Notes: generated by a model not told the origin, from the letters alone. A stretch of DNA of 32,000 nucleotides from Methylorubrum extorquens (GCA_900234795.1 LT962688.1:2490001-2522000), one strand, 5' to 3'; counted from the first letter of the stretch, positions 1 through 7,448 are shown. Program-made: numbers and translations.

Positions 1-75
1 GGCTTTTTCCTGTTGTTCTGCTTCGTCGTCTTCCGAAAGCCGGCAGACCCCTATCGGGGCGCCGCTCCGGAGGCG

Positions 76-258
76 TCAGTGCTCGGTGCCGGGCCGGTTC
101 GGGCGAGGCGCTTCGCCGTGGGCCTGGGTGAAGGCCGAGCGGTGCGGGTCGTTCTTCGACTGCGCCACCCGGGCCCGCTGCCAGATCGCGAAGGCCGCGA
201 CGAGGACAATGGTGACGATGGCGAGCAGCGGAATGAGCACGTCGTTCGACATCGCCAT
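76..258 (-). CDS. small single-pass membrane protein (60 aa), hypothetical
   Basis: Internal ATG at 258 of the 76..630 ORF, preceded on the coding strand by GGAGGAA (259-265). MAMSNDVLIPLLAIVTIVLVAAFAIW forms one hydrophobic helix. The upstream part of the ORF is Arg/Pro/Cys-rich noise. Confidence 0.5.
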   Translation of the reverse strand: MAMSNDVLIPLLAIVTIVLVAAFAIWQRARVAQSKNDPHRSAFTQAHGEAPRPNRPGTEH

Positions 259-589
259 TTCCTCCGATGATTGTGTTCGGGGGCAAGCGGCGCGCGGATG
301 AAAAGGTTCCGGAAGATCGTACTTGGCTATTCCGCTGCGGTCCGGCCAGTTTTCGCAAGTCTTTGATCGGATTCGCAACGGTGCGACTTCACGGCTTCGC
401 GAGCGGAAAGCGTTCGTGAGCCGGCCGTAGCGCTTCGGGAAGGCGCGCTCATGGCCCGGCGCAGTCGAGGCAGCGTGGTTCGCTCGCGGCTTTTCTCGCG
501 CGCCATCGATGCACGGCCATGCGAGGCCGGTGGCGCCCGACGTCACGGGGCCGCCGGGGCGCCGTAGCCCCGGATCGTGTCGCCGATGC

Positions 590-1069
590 TTACAGGCTGC
601 GCGAGAACACCAGCGGCCCGCCCTGCGCACCCCGGCCGTAGGGCGAGGGCGAGACGGAGGGGCGGCCGTAGACGGTGGGTGTGCGCGCCTTGGCGACTTC
701 CTCGGCCAGCGCCTTGATCAGCCCTTCGGAGACAGCGCGGGCGGTGGCAAGCACCTGCTGATTGGTTTCCACCACGGCGGCGAAGCGGTGCTGGGCCGCC
801 TTCAGCGCCTCCAGACCCTCCGGCGCGAAGCGGGCGAGTGCGATCGCGTTGGCCTTGGCCGCCTCCAGGCCGTTCATGTAGGCGGAGGCGAGTTCGGATT
901 TCGACGCGGAGTCCGTCAGCGCCTGGGCGATCCGCCCGGCCCGCACGCCGTCGCTCTCGCGGGTGAGCACCGCTTCCAGCTCGATCATGGTGGCGAGCAG
1001 CCCGCGCACGAAGGTCTGGGCCGAGGGGCGATCGGTGAGGCGCAGGGCGAGGGTTCGATCAACGGCCAT
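590..1069 (-). CDS. flagellar protein, FlbY/FlgN-like (third gene of the flgI-cheL-flbY type operon)
   Basis: 159-aa helical protein whose start overlaps the stop of the rod-binding gene by 11 nt. Its position after flgI and the flgJ-like gene matches the Caulobacter flgI-cheL-flbY layout. No catalytic motifs. Family call rests on context and general FlgN-like composition. Confidence 0.6.
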   Translation of the reverse strand: MAVDRTLALRLTDRPSAQTFVRGLLATMIELEAVLTRESDGVRAGRIAQALTDSASKSELASAYMNGLEAAKANAIALARFAPEGLEALKAAQHRFAAVVETNQQVLATARAVSEGLIKALAEEVAKARTPTVYGRPSVSPSPYGRGAQGGPLVFSRSL

Positions 1070-1418
1070 TGCCCGCCTCCTGCATCCGCATCATCTCGGA
1101 ATAGACCTGATTGCTGATGCCGACGCCACCGGTCTTCACGATGGCGTTGGCGTATTCCTTGGTCATCATCGAGCGCCAGACGCCGCCGCCGGTGCCGTTC
1201 TCGCCCATCGGCCCTTCCGTGCCCTCGCTCTGCGTCAGCTTCTCCAAGCTGTCCTCGAGGAACATCTTCTCGAAGTCGTCGGCGGTCTTACGCGCCTTGA
1301 CCGAGGCGGTGGACTTGGCCGTGTCCATCGTGTTCGCGTCGGTTTTCGCGAGCGTGTTGAGCAGGTTCTTGCCGACGCCGACGGCGGCGGAGGCCGCGAA
1401 GGTTGCGAGGGGCAGCAT
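1059..1418 (-). CDS. flgJ: flagellar rod-binding protein (FlgJ N-terminal domain only; CheL-like)
   Basis: Sequence ADDFEKMFLEDSLEKL...GGGVWRSMMTKEYANAIVKTGGVGISNQVY is typical of the rod-binding domain of FlgJ. There is no muramidase domain, as in alphaproteobacteria. Start taken at MLPLATF (1418); an ATG at 1433 is also possible. Confidence 0.8.
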   Translation of the reverse strand: MLPLATFAASAAVGVGKNLLNTLAKTDANTMDTAKSTASVKARKTADDFEKMFLEDSLEKLTQSEGTEGPMGENGTGGGVWRSMMTKEYANAIVKTGGVGISNQVYSEMMRMQEAGNGR

Positions 1419-1444
1419 GGTGCGGTCTCCCAAGGGGAAAGAAA

Positions 1445-2587
1445 TTACATCAGCTCGATGTCGGCCTGGAGCGCGCCGGCCGTCTTGATCGCCTGAAGGA
1501 TCGAGATCAGGTCGCGCGGGCCGACCCCGAGCGCGTTGAGGCCGTCGACGAGTTCGCGCAGGCTCACGCCTTCCTTCACCAGGGCGAGCTTGTTGCCGTC
1601 ACCGGTATCCACCTTCACGCCGGTGCGCGGCACCACCGCAGTCTGGCCGTTCGACAGCGGCGCGGGCTGGCTCACCATCGGCTGCTCGGTGATCGTCACC
1701 GTGAGGTTGCCCTGCGCGATCGCGACCGTGGAGACCCGCACGTCGCGGCCCATCACGATGATGCCGGAGCGCTCGTCCACCACGACTCGCGCTGTCTGGT
1801 CGGGCTCGACCTTGAGCTGCTCGACCTCGGTGATGAGACGGATCATGTTGCCGCGGTACTTGGCCGGGATCTGAAGGGTGATCGTCGCCGGGTCGGTCGG
1901 CTCGGCGGTGTCGGCACCCATGAAGTCGTTGATCGCTGAGGCGATCCGCTTGGCGGTGGTGAAGTCGGGGTTGCGCAGCGACAGCCGCAGGGAGCGCGCC
2001 TCGTTGAGCTTGAACGCCATCTCGCGCTCGACCAGCGCGCCGTTGGAGATGCGCCCGTTGGTCGGCACGCCGCGGGTGATCTTGGCGGCCTCGCCCTCCG
2101 CCGAAAAGCCGGCGATCGCCACCGAGCCCTGCGCCAGGGCATAGATCTCACCGTCGGCGCCGAGCAGGGAGGTCGCCACCAGCGTGCCTCCCTGAAGCGA
2201 CTTGGCGTCGCCGAGCGAGGAGACGGTTACGTCGATATGCGTGCCCTGGGTCGCGAAGGGGGGCAGGTTGGCCGTCACCATCACCGCCGCGAGGTTCTGG
2301 GTGCGCATGGTCGCGCCGCGGGTGTTGATGCCGAGCCGCTCCAGCATCGCCTGCAGGGACTGCTTGGTGAAGGGGATGTTGTTGAGGGTGTCGCCGGTGC
2401 CGTTGAGGCCGACCACGATGCCGTAGCCGACGAGCTGGTTGGAGCGCACGCCCTCGACGGCAGCGAGATCCTTGACCCGCGACAGGGCGCTGGCCGGGGC
2501 CGGCGGCAGCAGGACTGCGAGGCAGGCGAGCACCGCGACGAGACGCCGGGCGAGCAGGGCAGGAGACAGGGGGCGAGGCAGGGGCAT
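1445..2587 (-). CDS. flgI: flagellar P-ring protein FlgI
   Basis: 380 aa with a signal peptide (LACLAVLLPPAPASA), then SRVKDLAAVEGVRSNQLVGYGIVVGLNGTGD and the C-terminal LISILQAIKTAGALQADIELM, the hallmark FlgI sequence. Confidence 0.95.
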   Translation of the reverse strand: MPLPRPLSPALLARRLVAVLACLAVLLPPAPASALSRVKDLAAVEGVRSNQLVGYGIVVGLNGTGDTLNNIPFTKQSLQAMLERLGINTRGATMRTQNLAAVMVTANLPPFATQGTHIDVTVSSLGDAKSLQGGTLVATSLLGADGEIYALAQGSVAIAGFSAEGEAAKITRGVPTNGRISNGALVEREMAFKLNEARSLRLSLRNPDFTTAKRIASAINDFMGADTAEPTDPATITLQIPAKYRGNMIRLITEVEQLKVEPDQTARVVVDERSGIIVMGRDVRVSTVAIAQGNLTVTITEQPMVSQPAPLSNGQTAVVPRTGVKVDTGDGNKLALVKEGVSLRELVDGLNALGVGPRDLISILQAIKTAGALQADIELM

Positions 2588-2632
2588 CGGAACTCGGCAG
2601 CCGGACAGGCGACTTTACGCCGGTTCGATCTC

Positions 2633-2648
2633 TGCCAGGGCCGTGCCA
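2633..2648 (-). promoter_or_regulatory. candidate sigma54 (-24/-12) promoter for flgI operon
   Basis: The reverse complement reads TGGCACG-GCCC-TGGCA, against consensus TGGCACG-N4-TTGCW (one mismatch). The -12 element lies about 48 nt upstream of the flgI ATG. flgI is a sigma54/FlbD-dependent class III gene in Caulobacter. Confidence 0.5.
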
Positions 2649-2753
2649 AACACTAAGCCGCTGAAGATGAGACCGTTTCTCTTTTCCGGTGCCGCCGGAA
2701 TGGCCTGGGGGACGAGAGCGTTTCCTGCCGCCCCGGCAGCTTCTGCCGGGCTG

Positions 2754-2769
2754 TTTACCCGCGCTTAAC
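2754..2769 (+). promoter_or_regulatory. candidate CtrA box upstream of fliX
   Basis: TTTA-CCCGCGC-TTAAC against CtrA consensus TTAA-N7-TTAAC (one mismatch), about 72 nt upstream of the fliX ATG. fliX is a CtrA-dependent class II gene in Caulobacter. Confidence 0.3.
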
Positions 2770-2840
2770 CCTGTCGGCCGATGTCTTTGGAGATCGGTAC
2801 CCGCCGTGCATCGTCGGGTGCGAAAAGGTTTCGGACGATC

Positions 2841-3281
2841 ATGCGCGTCGACACACGCTTTGCCGCGGCCGCCGCGGGTGCGCTCAACGCCACCCGCCGC
2901 GCCGCCGCGCCGGGCGCCTTCGCCCCGACGTCGGGAGCAGAAGAGACGCCCCGGGCGGCGACCGCGGGCGCGAGCCAGACCGGCATGCTCACCGGGCTCG
3001 ACGCCCTCCTCACGCTCCAGGGACAGGACGGGGCCGCCGCGCAGAAGGAGCGGCGCCGCCGTTCGGTGCAGCGCGGGCACGACCTGCTCGACGGGCTCGA
3101 CCGCCTGAAAGCCGCGCTGATCGGCGGGCGGGTGGCGACGCGCGACCTTCAGGCCATCGCCGGCCGTCTCGCCGAGCGGAATGCGGAGAGCGGCGACCCC
3201 CGCCTCGACGGGCTGGTGGCCGAGATCGAACTGCGCGCGGCGGTGGAACTCGCCAAGCTCGAAGTGGCGCGCGGCGCCTGA
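2841..3281 (+). CDS. fliX: flagellar assembly regulator FliX
   Basis: Divergent from flgI. Ala/Gly-rich N-terminus, then LDALLTLQG...ERRRRSVQRGHDLLDGLDRLKAALIGG...DPRLDGLVAEIELRAAVELAKLEVARGA, matching the conserved FliX C-terminus as I recall it. Start taken at MRVDTRF (2841) rather than 2781. Confidence 0.8.
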   Translation: MRVDTRFAAAAAGALNATRRAAAPGAFAPTSGAEETPRAATAGASQTGMLTGLDALLTLQGQDGAAAQKERRRRSVQRGHDLLDGLDRLKAALIGGRVATRDLQAIAGRLAERNAESGDPRLDGLVAEIELRAAVELAKLEVARGA

Positions 3282-3290
3282 ACACGAAGA

Positions 3291-3319
3291 GGGCCGGACC
3301 CCTTTGCGAGGTCCGGCCC
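3291..3319. terminator. bidirectional stem-loop between convergent fliX and the small secreted-protein gene
   Basis: GGGCCGGACC (3291-3300), 9-nt loop, GGTCCGGCCC (3310-3319): a perfect 10-bp GC-rich stem located between two stop codons. Confidence 0.5.
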
Positions 3320-3325
3320 GTACGA

Positions 3326-3622
3326 TCACCAGTAATAGGGCCGTGGGCGGTAATAGCCGTAGGGCCGGTAGAGTGGCCGCGGGCGATAATAGCCGGGGGG
3401 CGGGCCGCCCCAGTAGCGCCGCGGACCCCAGTTCGGACGGCAGATGCCCCAGGGATTGGGGTGGAAGCCCGGCCCGCAGCCGCCGGCGGTGCGCTCCACG
3501 AGCGCGTTGTCCGTCGCGGTCGCGAGGGGAGCGGGGCTGAAGGGTGCCGCCTGGGCGCTGCCCGCAACACCAAGGCTGCCGGCGATTACCGCAGCCAATG
3601 CGAACGCCTTCGCGTGCGTCAT
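3326..3622 (-). CDS. small secreted Gly/Pro/Tyr/Arg-rich protein (GCG...CRPN motif followed by YYRPRP-type repeats)
   Basis: ATG at 3622 is preceded by GGAGAA. Signal peptide MTHAKAFALAAVIAGSLGVAGSAQA, then GGCGPGFHPNPWGICRPNWGP and RRYWGGPPPGYYRPRPLYRPYGYYRPRPYYW. The other ~620 codons of ORF 3326..5482 are antisense to the MBOAT gene and are discounted. Confidence 0.75.
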   Translation of the reverse strand: MTHAKAFALAAVIAGSLGVAGSAQAAPFSPAPLATATDNALVERTAGGCGPGFHPNPWGICRPNWGPRRYWGGPPPGYYRPRPLYRPYGYYRPRPYYW

Positions 3623-3929
3623 CGTACGATTTCTCCGTTGCGGCCGGACCATACGGCCGATGCCGGAAGCTAGGTCTGCCTCGATGAACCGAAGCTGACT
3701 GAGGCCTGTCCTTCGCGGTGCGGCACGACCACTGCCGGTGAGCCTTGCACATATCCAGGTCATCCGAAGTCCGGACCCTGGTTGCTTGCCGGTATTTCCG
3801 TCGGGCGCCTCACGGTGTGCCCAGAGGCGAGGATGATTCCGCCGCGCCCCGGGCCGCTTCGGCGCAATTGACGGTTCCGCTTCGATCCCCGACAAGGCTG
3901 GCCGCGTGAGCGGGCGCGCGCCGGTCTCA

Positions 3930-3988
3930 CCGGATCGCCAGCGGAGCCGGATCGCCGAGAGACCGGATCGCCAAGAGACCGGATCGCC
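3930..3988. repeat. four direct copies of CCGGATCGCC spaced 16-17 bp, immediately upstream of the MBOAT gene
   Basis: Core copies at 3930-3939, 3947-3956, 3963-3972 and 3979-3988. The last three units read GAGACCGGATCGCC(G/A)A. The array ends 21 nt before the ATG at 4010. Confidence 0.85.
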
Positions 3989-4009
3989 AGGGGAATCGTC
4001 CGCGCCGCG

Positions 4010-5383
4010 ATGCTGTTCAACTCCTTCGTCTTCCTGCTCGCCTTCCTGCCGGCCGCGCTGCTGCTGCACGCCGCCGCCGAACGCTATCGGCCGCAGGCGC
4101 GGCTGCCGCTTCTCGTCGGGCTGTCCTTCGTCTTCTACGCGTGGTGGGATTGGCGCTTCCTGCCGCTGCTTCTCGCCTCCATCGGCGTGAACTGGCTCGT
4201 GGCTCGAGCCCTGCCGCGGGATCGCACCGGCTGGCTGTTTCCGGTGGCGCTCGCCGGCAACCTCGCGGTGCTGGGCGCCTTTAAGTATCTCGGATTCCTC
4301 ACCGATCTCGCCGACATGATCCCCGGCATCGACCTTCCACGGATCGATCTGGCCCTGCCGCTCGGGATCTCGTTCTTCACCTTCCACCACATCATGTACC
4401 TGACGGACCTGAGGGCCGGGCGCGCGCCGGCTTTCGGGCTGACCCGCTACGCCCTCTACATCGCCTTCTTCCCGCAGGTTCTCGCCGGCCCGCTCGTGCG
4501 CTGGAGCGAGATCATGCACCAGTTCGAGGAGCGCCCCTATGCGCGTCCCGACGCGGCCGAGCGGATCGGGCGCGGGCTGATGCTGCTGACCGTCGGGCTT
4601 TCCAAGAAGGTGTTCCTCGGCGATCCGCTCTCGGTCTACGTCAACCCTGTGTTCCAAGCGGCGGCCGCGGGCAAGGCGGTGACGATGGCCGAGGCGTGGC
4701 AGGCAACGCTCGGCTTCACCTTCCAGATCTATTTCGACTTTTCCGGCTACACCGACATGGCGCTCGGCCTCGCGCTGCTGTTCGGGATCGTGCTGCCGCA
4801 GAATTTCGACGTGCCCTACCGTGCCACCTCGCTGCGCGACTTCTGGCGGCGCTGGCACATGACGCTGTCGCGCTTCCTGCGCGACTACCTCTACATCGCC
4901 ATGGGCGGAAACCGCCGCGGTCTCGCGCTCCAGGTCGGCGCGCTGTTCGCGACCATGACGCTGGGCGGCCTCTGGCACGGGGCGGGGCTGACCTTTGTCG
5001 CCTGGGGCGCCGCCCACGGTGTGGGCCTCGGGGCCGGCGTGCTCTGGCGCCGGGCGGGCGGACGGCTGCCGCACCTCCTCGGCTGGGCGCTGACGGCCGG
5101 ATTCGTGATCCTGACCTGGGTCCTGTTCCGCGCCTCCTCGTTCGAGGCGGCTTTGGCGATCTACAAGGGGTTGTTCGGGTTGGCGCCCACGGGGGCGGGC
5201 TTCAAGTGGCGCACCATTGCAATCGCCGCCGCCGTCGCGATGATCGGCCCGACTGCCTGGGCCGCCGTGCACCGCCTGCCGCCGAACCGTTGGCTCGCGG
5301 CCGCCTTCGCCCTGTTGTTCGTCGTCGTGCTCCTCAAGATCGGGGACGATGCGAACTACGAATTCATCTACTTCCAGTTCTGA
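4010..5383 (+). CDS. MBOAT family O-acyltransferase (AlgI/PatA-like polysaccharide O-acetyltransferase)
   Basis: 457-aa polytopic membrane protein. N-terminus MLFNSFVFLLAFLP and the FWRRWHMTLSRFLRDYLYI block contain the conserved MBOAT histidine. Confidence 0.9.
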   Translation: MLFNSFVFLLAFLPAALLLHAAAERYRPQARLPLLVGLSFVFYAWWDWRFLPLLLASIGVNWLVARALPRDRTGWLFPVALAGNLAVLGAFKYLGFLTDLADMIPGIDLPRIDLALPLGISFFTFHHIMYLTDLRAGRAPAFGLTRYALYIAFFPQVLAGPLVRWSEIMHQFEERPYARPDAAERIGRGLMLLTVGLSKKVFLGDPLSVYVNPVFQAAAAGKAVTMAEAWQATLGFTFQIYFDFSGYTDMALGLALLFGIVLPQNFDVPYRATSLRDFWRRWHMTLSRFLRDYLYIAMGGNRRGLALQVGALFATMTLGGLWHGAGLTFVAWGAAHGVGLGAGVLWRRAGGRLPHLLGWALTAGFVILTWVLFRASSFEAALAIYKGLFGLAPTGAGFKWRTIAIAAAVAMIGPTAWAAVHRLPPNRWLAAAFALLFVVVLLKIGDDANYEFIYFQF

Positions 5384-5384
5384 G

Positions 5385-6404
5385 ATGGGACCCGCCTCCG
5401 GCAGCGTCGCGCGGCAGGACTGGGCGGCTTTCGCGCGCCGGTTCCGGCGGACTGCCATCGGCCTGCTCGCCGGACATCTCACGCTCGCGGTCCTGATCGA
5501 TCCCTACGACAGCGGGCGCTCGACGCTGTTCTCGGCCGGCGCCGTGCGGCCGCAGGGTCCGCGCACCGCCGCCGCGTCACGCGGGCGCGACCCGGCTTTC
5601 GCCGGGGCGGTGTTCGGCAATTCGCACATCCAACTGATCGAGCCCGCGCGGCTCACGGCGGCGACCGGCATTCCCTTCGTGCAGCTCTCCGTGCCTGGGA
5701 CGGGTCCTGGAGAGCAGCTCGCGCTGCTCGGTTGGTTCCTGCGCCACCATCCGGCGCCGCAGGCCGTGGTCCTCTCGGTGGACGATTTTTGGTGCACCGA
5801 CGATCCAGCGCTGCCCAACGACAAGCCGTTCCCGTTCTGGCTCTACAGCCCCGATCCGCTTGCCTATCTGCGCGGTCTCCTGCGCTTTTCCGTGGCGCAG
5901 GAAGTCGTCGGCCGCATCGGCTGGCTCTTCGGCGCGCGCCGCAAACGGGCGGTCGCCGACGGCTGGTCGGACTATGAGCTGGATTTCCTGAAGCGCGGCA
6001 CGCTCGACGACGAACGCCTCCGCGTCATGCGCGAAACACCGGTGCCCGACGCGGCGGCTCCGGGCAAAGCAGGGCCGGACTTTCCCGCCGCGGACCGTCT
6101 CGGCACTGCCCTCGCCGCGCTGCCGGCCGAGACCGCCGTGGTCCTGGTCTTCCCGCCGGTCTACGCCGCCGGCCTCCCCCGGCCCGGCACGCCGCGGGCC
6201 CAGGCCGAGGCCGCCTGCCGAAGCGCGGCGGCGGCGGCGATGCAACGGCACGGGCGCAGCGCGCTCATCGACGCGCGGCGTGAGCGGCCGGCCCTGCACG
6301 ATCCCGGCCTGTTCTTCGACCAGACCCATTACCGGCACGCCCTCGCCCGCCCCCTGGCCGACGAGATCGCCGCCGCCCTCGTCCGGCTGCGCGGTACGCC
6401 CTGA
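5385..6404 (+). CDS. membrane-anchored partner of the MBOAT protein; possible SGNH-fold O-acetyltransferase/esterase
   Basis: The ATG lies 1 nt after the MBOAT stop (TGAGATG). One N-terminal TM helix (AIGLLAGHLTLAVLI). VFGNSHIQL near the N-terminus and FFDQTHY near the C-terminus resemble SGNH block I (G-x-S) and block V (D-x-x-H). Confidence 0.65.
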   Translation: MGPASGSVARQDWAAFARRFRRTAIGLLAGHLTLAVLIDPYDSGRSTLFSAGAVRPQGPRTAAASRGRDPAFAGAVFGNSHIQLIEPARLTAATGIPFVQLSVPGTGPGEQLALLGWFLRHHPAPQAVVLSVDDFWCTDDPALPNDKPFPFWLYSPDPLAYLRGLLRFSVAQEVVGRIGWLFGARRKRAVADGWSDYELDFLKRGTLDDERLRVMRETPVPDAAAPGKAGPDFPAADRLGTALAALPAETAVVLVFPPVYAAGLPRPGTPRAQAEAACRSAAAAAMQRHGRSALIDARRERPALHDPGLFFDQTHYRHALARPLADEIAAALVRLRGTP

Positions 6405-6418
6405 ACCGGGATGGTCTC

Positions 6419-6631
6419 ATGGATGAGCTATCCCTGCCTCCGTGGACGGACTCCATCGCGCGACTGTGGCAGCGGACCCACCGGCTCAACCTGATGTCGG
6501 GTCGGGGGCCACTTGAGCGTGTCGTCTATGCCGCATCGCGAGAGCTTTTCACGCGAGACGGTGCAAGGCGGCATCCGCGCGTTGTAGAGCTTGCCCGGCT
6601 CGATTATAGCCTCGCCGACGATCGCCGCTGA
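6419..6631 (+). CDS. hypothetical 70-aa ORF (weak)
   Basis: ATG ORF upstream of dksA. By my codon-by-codon count third-position G+C is only about two thirds, lower than in confident genes here. No recognisable motif. Confidence 0.25.
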   Translation: MDELSLPPWTDSIARLWQRTHRLNLMSGRGPLERVVYAASRELFTRDGARRHPRVVELARLDYSLADDRR

Positions 6632-6657
6632 CCGGCAGGGAGCGCGAGGATAAGACG

Positions 6658-7077
6658 ATGGCGAAGGTCACGATCGAGGACGGCTACAGGCCCTCCGACG
6701 ACGAGCCCTTCATGAATGAGCGGCAGCGCGAGTACTTTCGGCGCAAGCTGCTCAATTGGAAGAGCGAGATCCTGCGCGAGGCGCAGGGGACTCTCACCGC
6801 GCTTCAGAGCGAGAACGAGAACCATCCGGATATCGCCGACCGCGCCTCCTCGGAGACGGACCGGGCGATCGAGCTGCGCGCCCGCGACCGTCAGCGCAAG
6901 CTGACGAGCAAGATCGACGCGGCTCTGGCCCGGCTGGAGGACGGCTCCTACGGTTTCTGCGAAGAGACCGGCGAGCCGATCTCGCTCAAGCGGCTCGATG
7001 CGCGGCCGATCGCGACCCTGTCGCTGGAAGCGCAGGAACGCCACGAGCGCCGCGAGCGCGTCTATCGCGACGACTGA
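6658..7077 (+). CDS. dksA: RNA polymerase-binding transcription factor DksA (Cys-poor variant)
   Basis: RBS GAGGA lies 7 nt upstream. FMNERQREYFRRKLLNWK, the coiled-coil tip ADRASSETD, and the C-terminal YGFCEETGEPISLKRLDARPIATLSLEAQERHE are DksA-like. Confidence 0.9.
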   Translation: MAKVTIEDGYRPSDDEPFMNERQREYFRRKLLNWKSEILREAQGTLTALQSENENHPDIADRASSETDRAIELRARDRQRKLTSKIDAALARLEDGSYGFCEETGEPISLKRLDARPIATLSLEAQERHERRERVYRDD

Positions 7078-7098
7078 CGCGGACCGCTTCGGCCTTCC

Positions 7099-7407
7099 TC
7101 AGCGTTGTCCCGCCTCGATCCGGACGAAGCTGCGGACGGGTCCCAGGGCGGAATCGGTCCTTGTATCGACCGCGATGCGGCCCTGCACGGGGACGGCATG
7201 ACGGCGCGGGCCGACATCGGCACCGGCCGTCACCCGGCCCGATAGGCGGATGCAGCTCGCCGTGCCCGGAATCCGGAAGAAGCCCGCCCCCTGGCTCGGA
7301 CAGGGTTCCATCGGCGCCTCGGAAGGATGCGGAGCGCGCTCGAACGCGCTCGCGGAGAACGGCACCAGTGTGAGGCACAGGCCGAGGCAGCGCATCACGC
7401 TCCGCAT
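7099..7407 (-). CDS. porin-family N-terminal fragment (102 aa; possibly a truncated remnant)
   Basis: Signal peptide MRSVMRCLGLCLTLVPFSASA, then GAGFFRIPGTASCIRLSGRV and AVDTRTDSALGPVRSFVRIE. These resemble the first strands of alphaproteobacterial general porins, which are usually over 300 aa. The ORF stops about 20 nt from the convergent dksA. Confidence 0.55.
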   Translation of the reverse strand: MRSVMRCLGLCLTLVPFSASAFERAPHPSEAPMEPCPSQGAGFFRIPGTASCIRLSGRVTAGADVGPRRHAVPVQGRIAVDTRTDSALGPVRSFVRIEAGQR

Positions 7408-7448
7408 CCGTATTACGCTCTCCCCTGCCCTCACGAGACCAACGCGCC

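Noticed and set aside
2148-3752. 534-aa minus-strand ORF spanning the flgI start, fliX and the small secreted-protein gene
   Set aside because: Arg/Pro/Gly/Ala-dominated low-complexity translation with no motifs. It overlaps three genes that have strong homology or signal features. This is typical of stop-free antisense frames in GC-rich DNA.
3778-3795. Possible sigma54 promoter (CTGGTTGCTTGCC) upstream of the MBOAT gene
   Set aside because: The GG and GC elements are not separated by the required spacing (GG-N10-GC), so this is only a superficial resemblance.
3930-3988. CRISPR array
   Set aside because: There are only four 10-nt cores with 6-7-nt near-identical spacers. There are no unique spacers of phage-like length and no cas genes anywhere in the window.
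3623-5482. N-terminal ~620 codons of the 718-aa ORF 3326..5482 (minus)
   Set aside because: It is antisense to the well-supported MBOAT gene and the translation is Arg/Glu/Pro/Gly-rich noise. Only the last 98 codons (3326-3622) have an RBS, a signal peptide and sensible composition.
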